The position numbers and the translations under genes are program-made. A DNA stretch of 64,000 bases from Bacteroidales bacterium (GTDB taxonomy: Bacteria; Bacteroidota; Bacteroidia; Bacteroidales; UBA12077). The stretch is taken from assembly GCA_046482855.1 (NCBI GenBank), contig JAWOEH010000127.1:23865-87864 (forward strand). Direction: 5' to 3'. Positions 18,570 to 27,850 of the stretch are shown piece by piece. The first letter of the stretch is position 1. Each line of letters starts with the position of its first letter. The notes under the pieces were generated by a model. That model was given only the letters and a program-made list of their open reading frames with translations, was not told the origin of the DNA and did no database searches.

Positions 18570-20984
18570 ATGACCATGCTTAAAAACTACCTTCTTACCG
18601 CCCTGAGGAGTTTACTGAAAAATGGTGTTTACGCTTTCCTCAATATAGTAGGTTTAGCCGTTGGCATTGCTTCCTTTATTTTTATTGCTCTGTTTATAGG
18701 TCACGAAACCAGTTACGATAATTATCATCAGCATGTGGATAGACTTTACCGGGTAGCTGTATCCGGTAAGATGATAAGTTCTGACATGAATATGGCAGTA
18801 ACTCCGGCTCCTATGGGTGCAGCTATTAAGGAAGATTATCCTGAGGTAGAGAAAGTAGTGCGGCTTGCTTCCTCGGGTGATTGGCTGTGCCGCTATAACG
18901 ATAAAGTATTTAATGAGCGACATTTCCTTTTTGCCGATTCTACTTTTTTTGACCTATTTTCTATTCATCTGTTGCAAGGAAACCCTGAAACCGCATTAAA
19001 AAAGCCTCACAGTGTGGTTCTAACCCGGTCTACAGCAATAAAATATTTCGGGCAGGAAGATCCTATTGGAAAAGCAATTCGTGTTGAGACAGATACCGTT
19101 TTCTATACGGTTACCGGTGTGATGGAGGATGTGCCCCTCAACACACATTTTCAGTTTGATATGTTAGGTTCGTTAAATTCGCTCCGCAGGAGTCGATCCG
19201 AAGCATGGTTATCTCATAATTTTTATACCTATATACGAATTGCTCCGGATGTTGATCCCATGGCTTTTGAAGAGAAAATTCAAGGCATGATTGCTACGTA
19301 TGTAGGGCCACAGGTGCAAGAGGCCCTTGGTGCCTCGTTGGATGATTTCTTGGGATAGGGGAACAGCCTCAAGTACCACATGCAACCGGTACGGAAAATT
19401 CACCTACACTCCGACCTGCAATACGAGATTCAGACCAATGGGAATAGTCTATATGTCTATGTTTTTGGTATTGTAGCTATCTTCATTATTCTGATGGCCT
19501 GTATTAACTTTACGAATCTGGCAACTGCCCGAGCCGCTAATCGGGCGAAGGAGGTAGGCATCAGAAAAGTGCTTGGAAGTGGGAAAGGGAGTTTGGTTCT
19601 TCAGTTTATCCTTGAAGCGGTGGCAATGAGCTTAATGGCTTTGTTAATGGGCCTTTTGATGGCCGAATTATTCATGCCACAATTCCGGAACCTGATAGGT
19701 CTCCCTCTGGACATATCTTATGCTAATGTAGTCGGGACCTGGGGTGTCTTGTTTATCCTCGCCCTTATTGTCGGGTTTATTGCTGGTAGTTATCCCGCAT
19801 TTTTTCTCGCTTCTTTTCAGCCCGCTCAGGTTTTGAAAGGGAAAGTACGTACTGGAGCAAAGAGTGGGTTGTTGCGTAGTGTTTTAGTTGTTTTTCAATT
19901 TGTGATTTCAATGGCGATTCTGCTTGGTTCCTTTGTCGTTTTTCAGCAATTGAGTTTTATTCAGTCAAAAGATCCGGGGTATACGAAAGAGCAGGTTTTA
20001 GTCTTGCGACGATCCGATGCCTTAGGATCGCAGATGGAAGCGTTTAAACAGGAGTTGGAGAAGTTACCACACGTTGCGGCAGTAACAAATTGCAATACTT
20101 TTCCCGGCCGTAATTTTTCCAATAATGCGTTCTTTCTCGAAGGGAATACGAATACTTACCTTATCTACCAAGCCTGGACAAGCTTTGGTGTTAAAGATGT
20201 ATTTCAATATAAGTTAAAAGAAGGACGGTTTCATAGTCGCCAACATCCCTCGGATTCCAATGGGATAGTAATTAATGAAGCGGCAGTGAGATCTTTGGGT
20301 TTTGAGGAAGCTCTTGGACAACAAATTCTCCAACCAAGAGGTGAAGGCATGCAACCACTGGAAGTTATTGGAGTTATGGAGGACTTTCATTTTAAGTCCA
20401 TACATCATCCTGTTGAGCCTGCTGGTTATACTCTGATGGACGGGAATTGGGAAGGATTTGTCATGATAAAACTTTCAGGAGATCAGGGGAATGCCATCCG
20501 GGCTATTAACGATCTTTGGGAAACCTTTACTGCAGAATATCCTTTTGAGTATTTCTTTTTTGAGGACGATTATAATCAACAATACATACAAGAAGTTCGC
20601 ACATCTAAAGTTATGGGTGTATTTGCATTTCTTTCGGTATTGATTGCTGCTATGGGACTTTTAGGATTGATATCTTTTCTTACCAACGAACGTCAAAAGG
20701 AGGTAGGTATTCGCAAGAGCTACGGGGCTTCAGCTTTACAGGTGGTATTTTTGTTTAGTTGGCACATTATTCGTTTGGTTATTGTGGCATGGATTTTGGC
20801 CGTGCCCCTAGCTTACATATGGGCTCAAAGTTGGCTTTCCGGGTTTGCTTTTCGAATTCAAATGCCTTATGCCATTTATTTGGTAATCCCATTATTAGTT
20901 GTGGTGTTTTCGTTCGTGGTAGTAGCTTGGCAAACTATACGGGCAGCCCGTCAAAATCCTGCACGAATTTTACGATATGAATAG
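18570..20984 (+). pseudogene. MacB-type ABC permease (~800 aa, double FtsX/MacB_PCD) interrupted by one in-frame TAG at 19356-19358
   Basis: ORFs 18570-19358 and 19380-20984 are in the same frame. Together they rebuild the usual Bacteroidetes ~800-aa permease: N-terminal TM, MacB_PCD, FtsX, a second PCD and a second FtsX. The sequence across the stop reads ..DDFLG*GNSLKYHMQPVRKIHLHSDL. Confidence 0.75.
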
Positions 20985-21032
20985 AATTTTTCTTACATTT
21001 GGATATAATAAACTGATTAATAAACCATTGCT

Positions 21033-21716
21033 ATGATAAAGACGGAAAAGTTAGTTAAGGTATTTCGTACTGACGAAATTGAAACCACGGCCCTTAATAA
21101 TGTTGATATTTTCATTAAAGAGGGAGAATTTGTTGCCGTTATGGGCCCCTCAGGATGTGGGAAGTCTACCTTGCTAAATATCATAGGCTTGCTAGACAAT
21201 CCTACCTCAGGGAAATTGATTTTTAATGGTGCCGATGTCTCGGAGTATAAAGAACGTCAACGGACAAATTTACGAAAGGGAAATGTAGGCTTTGTTTTTC
21301 AGAGTTTTAATCTGATTGATGAACTTACCGTGTTTGAGAATGTGGAACTTCCGCTTTTATACATGAAGGTGCCTGCAAAAGAGCGAAAAGAACGAGTTGA
21401 TAAGGTGCTCGATCGCATGCAAATGGGACATCGAAAGAAGCACTTTCCTCAACAATTGTCGGGAGGTCAGCAACAGCGTGTGGCCATCGCACGTGCGGTA
21501 GTCTCCAATCCGCAGTTGATCCTGGCCGATGAGCCTACAGGTAACCTGGATTCAGCTAATGGCGAGGAGGTAATGAAGCTCCTTAAGGAGCTCAATGAAG
21601 AAGGCACGACTATTGTGATGGTAACGCACTCGCCCTCCGATTCGGAATATGCTCATCGGATTGTACAGCTATTCGATGGACATATTGTAACCGAAAATAT
21701 TAAGAAGATACTATAG
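21033..21716 (+). CDS. ABC transporter ATP-binding protein (MacB/LolD family)
   Basis: Walker [10 protein letters not shown], signature [15 protein letters not shown], Walker B LILADEPT and H-loop VTHS are all present. Confidence 0.92.
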   Translation: MIKTEKLVKVFRTDEIETTALNNVDIFIKEGEFVAVMGPSGCGKSTLLNIIGLLDNPTSGKLIFNGADVSEYKERQRTNLRKGNVGFVFQSFNLIDELTVFENVELPLLYMKVPAKERKERVDKVLDRMQMGHRKKHFPQQLSGGQQQRVAIARAVVSNPQLILADEPTGNLDSANGEEVMKLLKELNEEGTTIVMVTHSPSDSEYAHRIVQLFDGHIVTENIKKIL

Positions 21717-21737
21717 CACTAAACTATTTCGTTTTCC

Positions 21738-21774
21738 AGGTGTCTTGATTTTATATAGTCAGGACACCTTTTTC
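21738..21774 (+). terminator. Intrinsic terminator
   Basis: Stem AGGTGTC..GACACCT followed by TTTTTCG. Confidence 0.55.
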
Positions 21775-21866
21775 GTATTACCAATCAAAGGACATGAGCG
21801 GCGAGGTATTTTGTCTGATGGAAATTACAGAATTTGGTTCGTTGTACACATAAAGCTTTGTATGAT

Positions 21867-22565
21867 ATGATGAAAAATATTGGAGTATTAGTCGTGTTTA
21901 TCCTTTCTTCTGTCTTTGTTTATGGACAGCAGGAGATGGAGGTTGAGTTAGAGGCTTTTAATAAAGTGAAAATTTTTGGTAGTGTAGAGGTTCAGGCCAA
22001 GCAAGGCGAAGAAGGGCACATAAAATTTATTTCCAATAAAATTCCCTTGTCGGAGATTGATTTTTCGGTAGAGGATAGTACGCTTAGTATTAAATTAACA
22101 GCTAAGCTCTTTAAAGATGAAAAGATCTATGCCGAATTGGTTTATCCGGGACTTGAGGAAGTCACACTGAATGCCTCTGCGGAAATGGAGATAGCTGGAA
22201 TTATTGTCCAGCCAGCTTTTAATGCAACTGTGAGTAGTGGAAGTGAACTGCAGTTTAAATGTGACGTAGATTATGTAGAACTAAATGCCTATCAAGGGGC
22301 ACATATTATGACAAAGGGCCAAGCGAAAGAGGTGGTAGCTTTTGCCAATACCGGCGGGATTATATCGGCAACGGAATTGGTAACGCAAAAAGCCGATGTG
22401 AAATTTAATACAGGGGGGAAGGGAGAGTTAACAGTGGAAGAGGAGCTAAAAGCACGTGTTACTATGGGTTCGCATTTTAGCTATTTCGGAAGGCCTGATA
22501 AACTAGATGTCAAATCGTCTCTTGGAGGCAATATCTCTGCTTGGGATGCAGAGGAACAGAAATAA
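21867..22565 (+). CDS. DUF2807-like secreted protein (putative adhesin head/GIN domain, beta-helix)
   Basis: ATG at 21867/21870 gives the signal peptide MMKNIGVLVVFILSSVFVYGQQ. Repeated beta-solenoid-like segments are present (FGSVEVQAKQGEE.., ASAEMEIAG.., SSGSELQFK.., GGKGELTVEE.). Confidence 0.6.
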   Translation: MMKNIGVLVVFILSSVFVYGQQEMEVELEAFNKVKIFGSVEVQAKQGEEGHIKFISNKIPLSEIDFSVEDSTLSIKLTAKLFKDEKIYAELVYPGLEEVTLNASAEMEIAGIIVQPAFNATVSSGSELQFKCDVDYVELNAYQGAHIMTKGQAKEVVAFANTGGIISATELVTQKADVKFNTGGKGELTVEEELKARVTMGSHFSYFGRPDKLDVKSSLGGNISAWDAEEQK

Positions 22566-22592
22566 AAAAAGGTGCTAAAAGCACCTTTTTTA
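22564..22592. terminator. Bidirectional intrinsic terminator
   Basis: AAAAAAA-GGTGC-taaaa-GCACC-TTTTTT, lying between convergent genes. Confidence 0.7.
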
Positions 22593-22790
22593 GTATGACT
22601 CATCTTCGTCAAGAAATTTTAGATTTCCACTGTAACTTAAGTTTTCAAATTCATCCAGTTCCTCATAAAGTTCTTGTTTGAGATTTTTCTTCTTCTTTTT
22701 TACTGAACCTTTTTTTGCTTTGGGTGCCGCAGGAACGTCTTGGTAAATGTCTTTTCTACCTGACTTTCGTTGGTCTTTTTTCGATTTCAT
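22590..22790 (-). CDS. Small (66 aa) lysine-rich/acidic-tail hypothetical protein
   Basis: The internal ATG at 22790 gives MKSKKDQRKSGRKDIYQDVPAAPKAKKGSVKKKKKNLKQELYEELDEFENLSYSGNLKFLDEDESY. The upstream 57 aa of the ORF-track ORF look non-coding (Cys/Tyr/Asn-rich, AT-rich). I recognise no homology. Confidence 0.3.
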   Translation of the reverse strand: MKSKKDQRKSGRKDIYQDVPAAPKAKKGSVKKKKKNLKQELYEELDEFENLSYSGNLKFLDEDESY

Positions 22791-22974
22791 TTGAAAGTAA
22801 TAATTAATGTTAACGAAATAATTACAACAGCAATATACGCAAATATCTGATGAGAGTTTATTAAATACAACTTTTTGCGCTCTTTTTTGTTCACTGAGCA
22901 TTAAGTTTTTAGAGGTGAAAGTAGAAACGGGTATCACGCACACAAGAATGCTGTTTTGCATATTTGTGCACTGG

Positions 22975-24234
22975 TTATTGTTGTTTTACCTTATCCGCAT
23001 CTACCCATTTGTATACTTTGTCGTTTCTTCGAACGAGTGAATCCGTTGCGATTGAGCAGAATTGGCGTTTTTGTGCTTTTGCTACCGGTTTTCTGTCTAC
23101 CCTTATTTCCCGAACAAGTTGTTTTACTACGCCGGTTGTGGGGCCCATAACTAGCACCTCCTCTTCAGGAGTAAGGGAGCCACTTTCCAGTAATATCTCT
23201 GCCACACCTAGTTTGCTGAAATAGTTGGTGATCTTACCGAGATACATTTTTCGTTTCGTGGCTCTTGATCCGTATCGGTGACTCCATTCTCCAAGTCGCT
23301 GCCCAAGGTAGTAGCCATCCCAAACCCCCCTGTTGAAGACGGTTGCCAGATCTTTTCTGAGTTCATCGATAAGTTCCTGGTTATATTCCTTTTTCTCAAT
23401 TGCCGTTATAGCTTTGCTATAACTCTTAACCACCGTTTGAACATACTCTGCAGGACGTGCACGTCCTTCAATTTTGAGTACCCGAACGCCTGCATCCAGC
23501 ATTTTGTTGAGAAAACCTATTGTGCATAAATCCTTGGGCGACATGATATAAGAGTTGTCTATCTCAAGTTCATTACCTGATTCTTTTTCGGTTACAATAT
23601 AGGCTTTACGGCAGGTTTGCATGCATGCACCACGGTTTGCTGAATGATTCTTTTCATGGAGGCTCAGGTAGCACTTTCCGGAAACTGCCATACATAAAGC
23701 ACCGTGAACAAACATTTCAATTTGTATCAGCTTCCCTTTGGGCCCACGTATATCCTGCTTCAGGATTTCATTATGGATGGCCTTTACCTGTTCTAGTGTA
23801 AGCTCTCTTGCCAAAACCACAACATCGGCATACTGGGCGTAAAACTTTAAGCTTTCAATATTGGTGATGTTTACCTGTGTGCTGATGTGTACTTCAAGTC
23901 CTATTTCTCGGGCGTAATGAATAGCAGCAATGTCCGATGCAATAACTGCTGTTATATCGTACGCTTTGGCGGTATCAAGAATTTCGTGCAGTAAAGGAAG
24001 CTCCTGATCGTAAACAATGGTATTTACCGTCAGATAGCTTTTAACACCATGCTCTTTACAGATTGTAACGATCTCCTTAAGATCATCAAAGCTAAAGTTA
24101 TTGGAAGAGTGAGCACGCATATTCATCTTTTCGATGCCAAAATAAACGGAATTTGTGCCCCCCTGTATGGCTGCCCATAAAGCTTCATAAGAGCCTACAG
24201 GTGCCATTATCTCAATGTCGTTTCTACGTATCAT
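22975..24234 (-). CDS. U32 family protein (annotated peptidase; probable Fe-S O2-independent hydroxylase of the TrhP/YegQ-PrtC type)
   Basis: The U32 N-terminal TIM-like region begins MAPVGSYEALWAAIQGGTNSVYFG. The Cys motif C-x6-C-x15-C-x3-C is present (ALCMAVSGKCYLSLHEKNHSANRGACMQTCR). Confidence 0.88.
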   Translation of the reverse strand: MIRRNDIEIMAPVGSYEALWAAIQGGTNSVYFGIEKMNMRAHSSNNFSFDDLKEIVTICKEHGVKSYLTVNTIVYDQELPLLHEILDTAKAYDITAVIASDIAAIHYAREIGLEVHISTQVNITNIESLKFYAQYADVVVLARELTLEQVKAIHNEILKQDIRGPKGKLIQIEMFVHGALCMAVSGKCYLSLHEKNHSANRGACMQTCRKAYIVTEKESGNELEIDNSYIMSPKDLCTIGFLNKMLDAGVRVLKIEGRARPAEYVQTVVKSYSKAITAIEKKEYNQELIDELRKDLATVFNRGVWDGYYLGQRLGEWSHRYGSRATKRKMYLGKITNYFSKLGVAEILLESGSLTPEEEVLVMGPTTGVVKQLVREIRVDRKPVAKAQKRQFCSIATDSLVRRNDKVYKWVDADKVKQQ

Positions 24235-24366
24235 TTTTTGTCTGGTCTCAAAATTTTCCGTTGCAAAGGTACATCTTTCATCATAATAATAAATGGTGAA
24301 CTTTTAATTGCCAGCAATTGTTAAGGTAATATACTGTTGTGTGCTTACTACCTAAAACCCACTGAT

Positions 24367-25086
24367 ATGAATGCTTCTTCACCAGTTATCGAAACTATCG
24401 GGTACCTTCAGAAGGAGGTCGCACTAACTACCGTATCCAATAACATCCTGACCAATACGTTTGTTTTGGAGGCCTTACAACCTTTTCCCGGGTATTTTGG
24501 GAAAAATTTGCCTGATGCAACTCATCCAAGGTCCCTGTTTTTAGTTCTAAAAAAGCCTTACAGTTTTGAAGAACTTGCACACATTATCAAACGTATCAAA
24601 AAAGAGTTCGCGCAGGATTATAATGCCACTGTGGCGGAAATTTTCCTTAAGTCCTCCACATTGCCGTGCATTCGCATAAAATATCTGCAGCGTTTTAGTT
24701 TTATTCCCGAACTTCAGAAGCTCTTACAGGGCCATGGCATTAAGTTCCACTCCTCTTGTCATCTGGATGCAAAAGCCCTTATTAAGGTCGATAAAACCTT
24801 TTATGTCCGTGAAGAGAAAGAGGGTATGTATAGGGATTTAGAAGAGGCATCTAAATGTTATATAGATTTACCGCGTCTGATTACCTGGCGCCAATTTGAA
24901 AGCATTACCCATGACCTTAAAAATAATCTTGAAAATAATCTTTTTGATGCTGCTTTAGGTGTGTTCTATCGAAAGTCGGGTGTAGTGGATATGGTACGTA
25001 TTTATGACAAAGAAAAAACTCCCGATCGAATAAAACTCTTGAGACAGATGTATTGGCGCCGCGTTGAGCGCCTGTTTCGTGAATAA
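24367..25086 (+). CDS. Hypothetical cytoplasmic protein (239 aa), no recognisable domain
   Basis: Clean ORF starting at an ATG (the ORF-track start at 24337 is a TTG). Codon usage looks coding-like. There is no TM helix or signal peptide. It is divergent from the U32 gene. Confidence 0.6.
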   Translation: MNASSPVIETIGYLQKEVALTTVSNNILTNTFVLEALQPFPGYFGKNLPDATHPRSLFLVLKKPYSFEELAHIIKRIKKEFAQDYNATVAEIFLKSSTLPCIRIKYLQRFSFIPELQKLLQGHGIKFHSSCHLDAKALIKVDKTFYVREEKEGMYRDLEEASKCYIDLPRLITWRQFESITHDLKNNLENNLFDAALGVFYRKSGVVDMVRIYDKEKTPDRIKLLRQMYWRRVERLFRE

Positions 25087-25120
25087 TAGTAGAAATTATC
25101 GCATTATTTCCAAGAGATGC

Positions 25121-25128
25121 TATTTTTG
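25121..25128 (+). promoter_or_regulatory. Bacteroidetes -7 box (TAttTTTG)
   Basis: Matches TAnnTTTG and lies upstream of the AsmA-like gene. This argues against the ORF-track start at 25117. Confidence 0.3.
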
Positions 25129-25215
25129 TGGTATCTCTTTTTTATGTCCTTCACCATCTGTTTGGCAGGGTATTTTCAGGATTGTAATAAGAAAACGAAG
25201 AATAAAAAGCTAAAG

Positions 25216-27834
25216 ATGAATAAGGTGTATCGTTCGGTTTTAGTGGGTTTGACTATCGGTGTTTTGTTAACAATAGGCTTGTTTGTTTGGTTTGTAAAAG
25301 CAAACGAGTCTTTTATAATTGATCGGGTCCTTGCCCAGCTGGAGGAGGAGACAACTATTCAGTTAACGAATGATCAATTAGAACTGTCCATATGGCGGCA
25401 TTTTCCGAATGTTTCCTTATCCGTTCGTAATGTTCTGATTCCACAACCTGATAATTACCGTGGAGCGAATGTTGATACCATGCTTTTTGCCAGAAAGTTA
25501 TATGTTAACACGGATTTAATACCCTTGTTATTAAGACGCATACAAATTAAGCATATTGGAATACAGGAGGGAGAAATTCATATTAAGCGCGATTCACGTG
25601 GGAAGCTAAATCTGACGTCTTTATTTTTAAACGAGAAAGGGGGTAGCCCAGGGAGGCGCTCACCTTTGAAAATTGATGCCTTTCATGTTGAGGATGTGTT
25701 AGTGACTTATTATCAGGAATCAAATAGCTTTTACATAAACCATTTTATTCAAGAAGGTCGTTTATCTGTTTTGCAAACCGACCTTGCTTTAGATTTAAGT
25801 TTTCAGTTAACAGGCAACTTGCAGAAAATAGAAGGACAGAATGTTAAGATTGATGATTCTTATCAGGTAACTTATAAAGGGATTTTAAGAGGAGAGAAGA
25901 ATCAATGGGAAATACGTAATGGTTCCGTTGCAATTGATGGGTTAGCATTTAGCTCAGAGGGTATTATTGATACGGATGTACCTTCTGAATATGAATTTGT
26001 ATTTTCTGGGCAGCAGTTAGCCGCTTCGCAGGTTGCAAAGCTTTTGGCTAAAGGAGGCTATCAGATACCCGAGAATATACAGCTTGCAAAGGGAGAAATT
26101 GCCATCCAAGGGCGAATAGAGGCGCTTCGTCCCCGTCCTCAGATGCAAATGACCATCGACTTTGTGGGAGAAAAGTTACAAGTGCAGGTAGCGCAAAGTG
26201 TATTGAATAAAGGATATGTTGAGGGGAGAGTCTCTTTGAGTGCTGCACGAAACAGGTATCAGATTGAGATTGGAAAATCGCATTTTCAAACAATGGGCGG
26301 AGTTTTTAGCGGCCATTTGCTATTAACCCAGGGACGTCAACGACGATTGAGTATGGCTTTTGAAGGAGAGATGCCGTTAGAGGCTCTTTTGGCGGTAGTT
26401 AAGCCGAATGTTCAGGTAAGGGGAGACGGTGGGGTATACCTGAATTATCATTATGATGGGCTCTTTCCACAAAATAGTAAAGATCTGTTGGTGGCACGCG
26501 AAGCAAAAATATCGATGACCTTGCAGGACAATACCCTCGAATTTCAGCAGCCTTATTCGTTTGCTTTTTCGAATGTAACCGGGACACTAACAAAGGATGA
26601 GCATTTGCATCTCGATAGTTTGTCTGGGATGCTGGAGGGGAGTAACTTCTTGATTAATGCAGAAATGGTAAATCCGGAGTTTTTAACTTCAGAGAATCAG
26701 GCACAACAAACCCATCTAAAGGGCAATATTCATTTCGATTCGCTTAACACCATATGGTTTTCAAAACAGCTTTCTACAGGTGCCTCCTCAAAAAGAGAGA
26801 AAAGTACTCTGTTTCCTGCACACTTATACGGAAATGTAAAATGTGAAGTTGGAACCTTTGAACATCGATCTTTCAAAGCAAAATCTATTGAACTTACGCT
26901 GCAATATAAACCCGGGATGATTACATTGCGCGAAGTGGATATGTGGACGGCCAGAGGTCGCGTACGCGCTGGTGGTGTCTTACTGAAAAAAGCAGATGGA
27001 GTGATGTCTCTTCGAGCTCAGGGGAATATGAATCAATTATCGATAGGTGAGTTGTTTAGGTCAATGAATAATTTCGGACAGGATTTTTTACGCGACGATC
27101 ACCTTGGGGGACGCTTAAGTGGAGATTTGAAGTTACAGGCGAATCTTTCCAAAGAGGGAAGGATTATGGTGCCCTCGCTCAAAACGCATAGTAAAATACG
27201 AATTGAAGAGGGGGAACTTATTGGTTTTGAGCCTATGATGGGGTTGTCCAAATTCATTGATGTGGAAGAATTAAAACATATTCGCTTTTCTACGCTTGAG
27301 AATCAAATATCGATTGCCAACCAGCTCATAAAGATTCCACAGATGGATATTCATTCATCGGCCTTCAATATAACGGCCTCTGGAGAGCATGCTTTTTCAC
27401 ATCAATTTGATTACCATGTAAAAGTCCTGTTGTCTGAAGTTTTTTCTTCCCGGTTAACAAAGCAAAAAAGTAAGCAAGAGGCCTTTGGTGCCATTGAAGA
27501 TGACGGCCTTGGCAATACCGCAGTATACCTTCAGATTGAAGGAACTCCTGATGAGTATGAGGTAAGCTACGATAGACAGGCAGTACGACAGGTAATGAAA
27601 AAGCGGGTAGAAAAGGAAAAAAAGGTATTAAAAGAGATACTAAACCAGGAGTTTGGTTGGTTTAGTAAAGATACCCTCAAGGGATTAAAGGAAAAGAATG
27701 TTGAGCATAGAGTGGAGTTTGAGAACCCACCTAAAACAACGATAGAGAAAAAAGAGACCACAAGAACCAGGAAGAAGGAAAAGCCTCTTTTTAACGTTGT
27801 ATTTGAGGAAGATACAACCTCCAAACGTAAGTAA
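25216..27834 (+). CDS. AsmA family protein (AsmA/TamB-like envelope lipid-transport-type protein)
   Basis: The ATG at 25216 gives an N-terminal anchor (MNKVYRSVLVGLTIGVLLTIGLFVWF). A long beta-rich periplasmic body follows. The AsmA_2-like C-terminal region reads ..MDIHSSAFNITASGEHAFSHQFDYHVKV.., and the tail is K/E-rich. Confidence 0.65.
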   Translation: MNKVYRSVLVGLTIGVLLTIGLFVWFVKANESFIIDRVLAQLEEETTIQLTNDQLELSIWRHFPNVSLSVRNVLIPQPDNYRGANVDTMLFARKLYVNTDLIPLLLRRIQIKHIGIQEGEIHIKRDSRGKLNLTSLFLNEKGGSPGRRSPLKIDAFHVEDVLVTYYQESNSFYINHFIQEGRLSVLQTDLALDLSFQLTGNLQKIEGQNVKIDDSYQVTYKGILRGEKNQWEIRNGSVAIDGLAFSSEGIIDTDVPSEYEFVFSGQQLAASQVAKLLAKGGYQIPENIQLAKGEIAIQGRIEALRPRPQMQMTIDFVGEKLQVQVAQSVLNKGYVEGRVSLSAARNRYQIEIGKSHFQTMGGVFSGHLLLTQGRQRRLSMAFEGEMPLEALLAVVKPNVQVRGDGGVYLNYHYDGLFPQNSKDLLVAREAKISMTLQDNTLEFQQPYSFAFSNVTGTLTKDEHLHLDSLSGMLEGSNFLINAEMVNPEFLTSENQAQQTHLKGNIHFDSLNTIWFSKQLSTGASSKREKSTLFPAHLYGNVKCEVGTFEHRSFKAKSIELTLQYKPGMITLREVDMWTARGRVRAGGVLLKKADGVMSLRAQGNMNQLSIGELFRSMNNFGQDFLRDDHLGGRLSGDLKLQANLSKEGRIMVPSLKTHSKIRIEEGELIGFEPMMGLSKFIDVEELKHIRFSTLENQISIANQLIKIPQMDIHSSAFNITASGEHAFSHQFDYHVKVLLSEVFSSRLTKQKSKQEAFGAIEDDGLGNTAVYLQIEGTPDEYEVSYDRQAVRQVMKKRVEKEKKVLKEILNQEFGWFSKDTLKGLKEKNVEHRVEFENPPKTTIEKKETTRTRKKEKPLFNVVFEEDTTSKRK

Positions 27835-27850
27835 AAATTAATCGATTATC

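Noticed and set aside
19356-19358. TAG read as programmed recoding (pyrrolysine or stop-codon read-through)
   Set aside because: No Pyl machinery is expected or seen in Bacteroidota, and TAG is used as a normal stop elsewhere in the window (for example 21714-21716). A nonsense mutation or sequencing error is simpler.
25117-25215. Upstream extension of the AsmA-like ORF (MLFLWYLFFMSF..)
   Set aside because: A TAnnTTTG -7 box (25121-25128) lies inside it. The ATG at 25216 yields a typical N-terminal membrane anchor.
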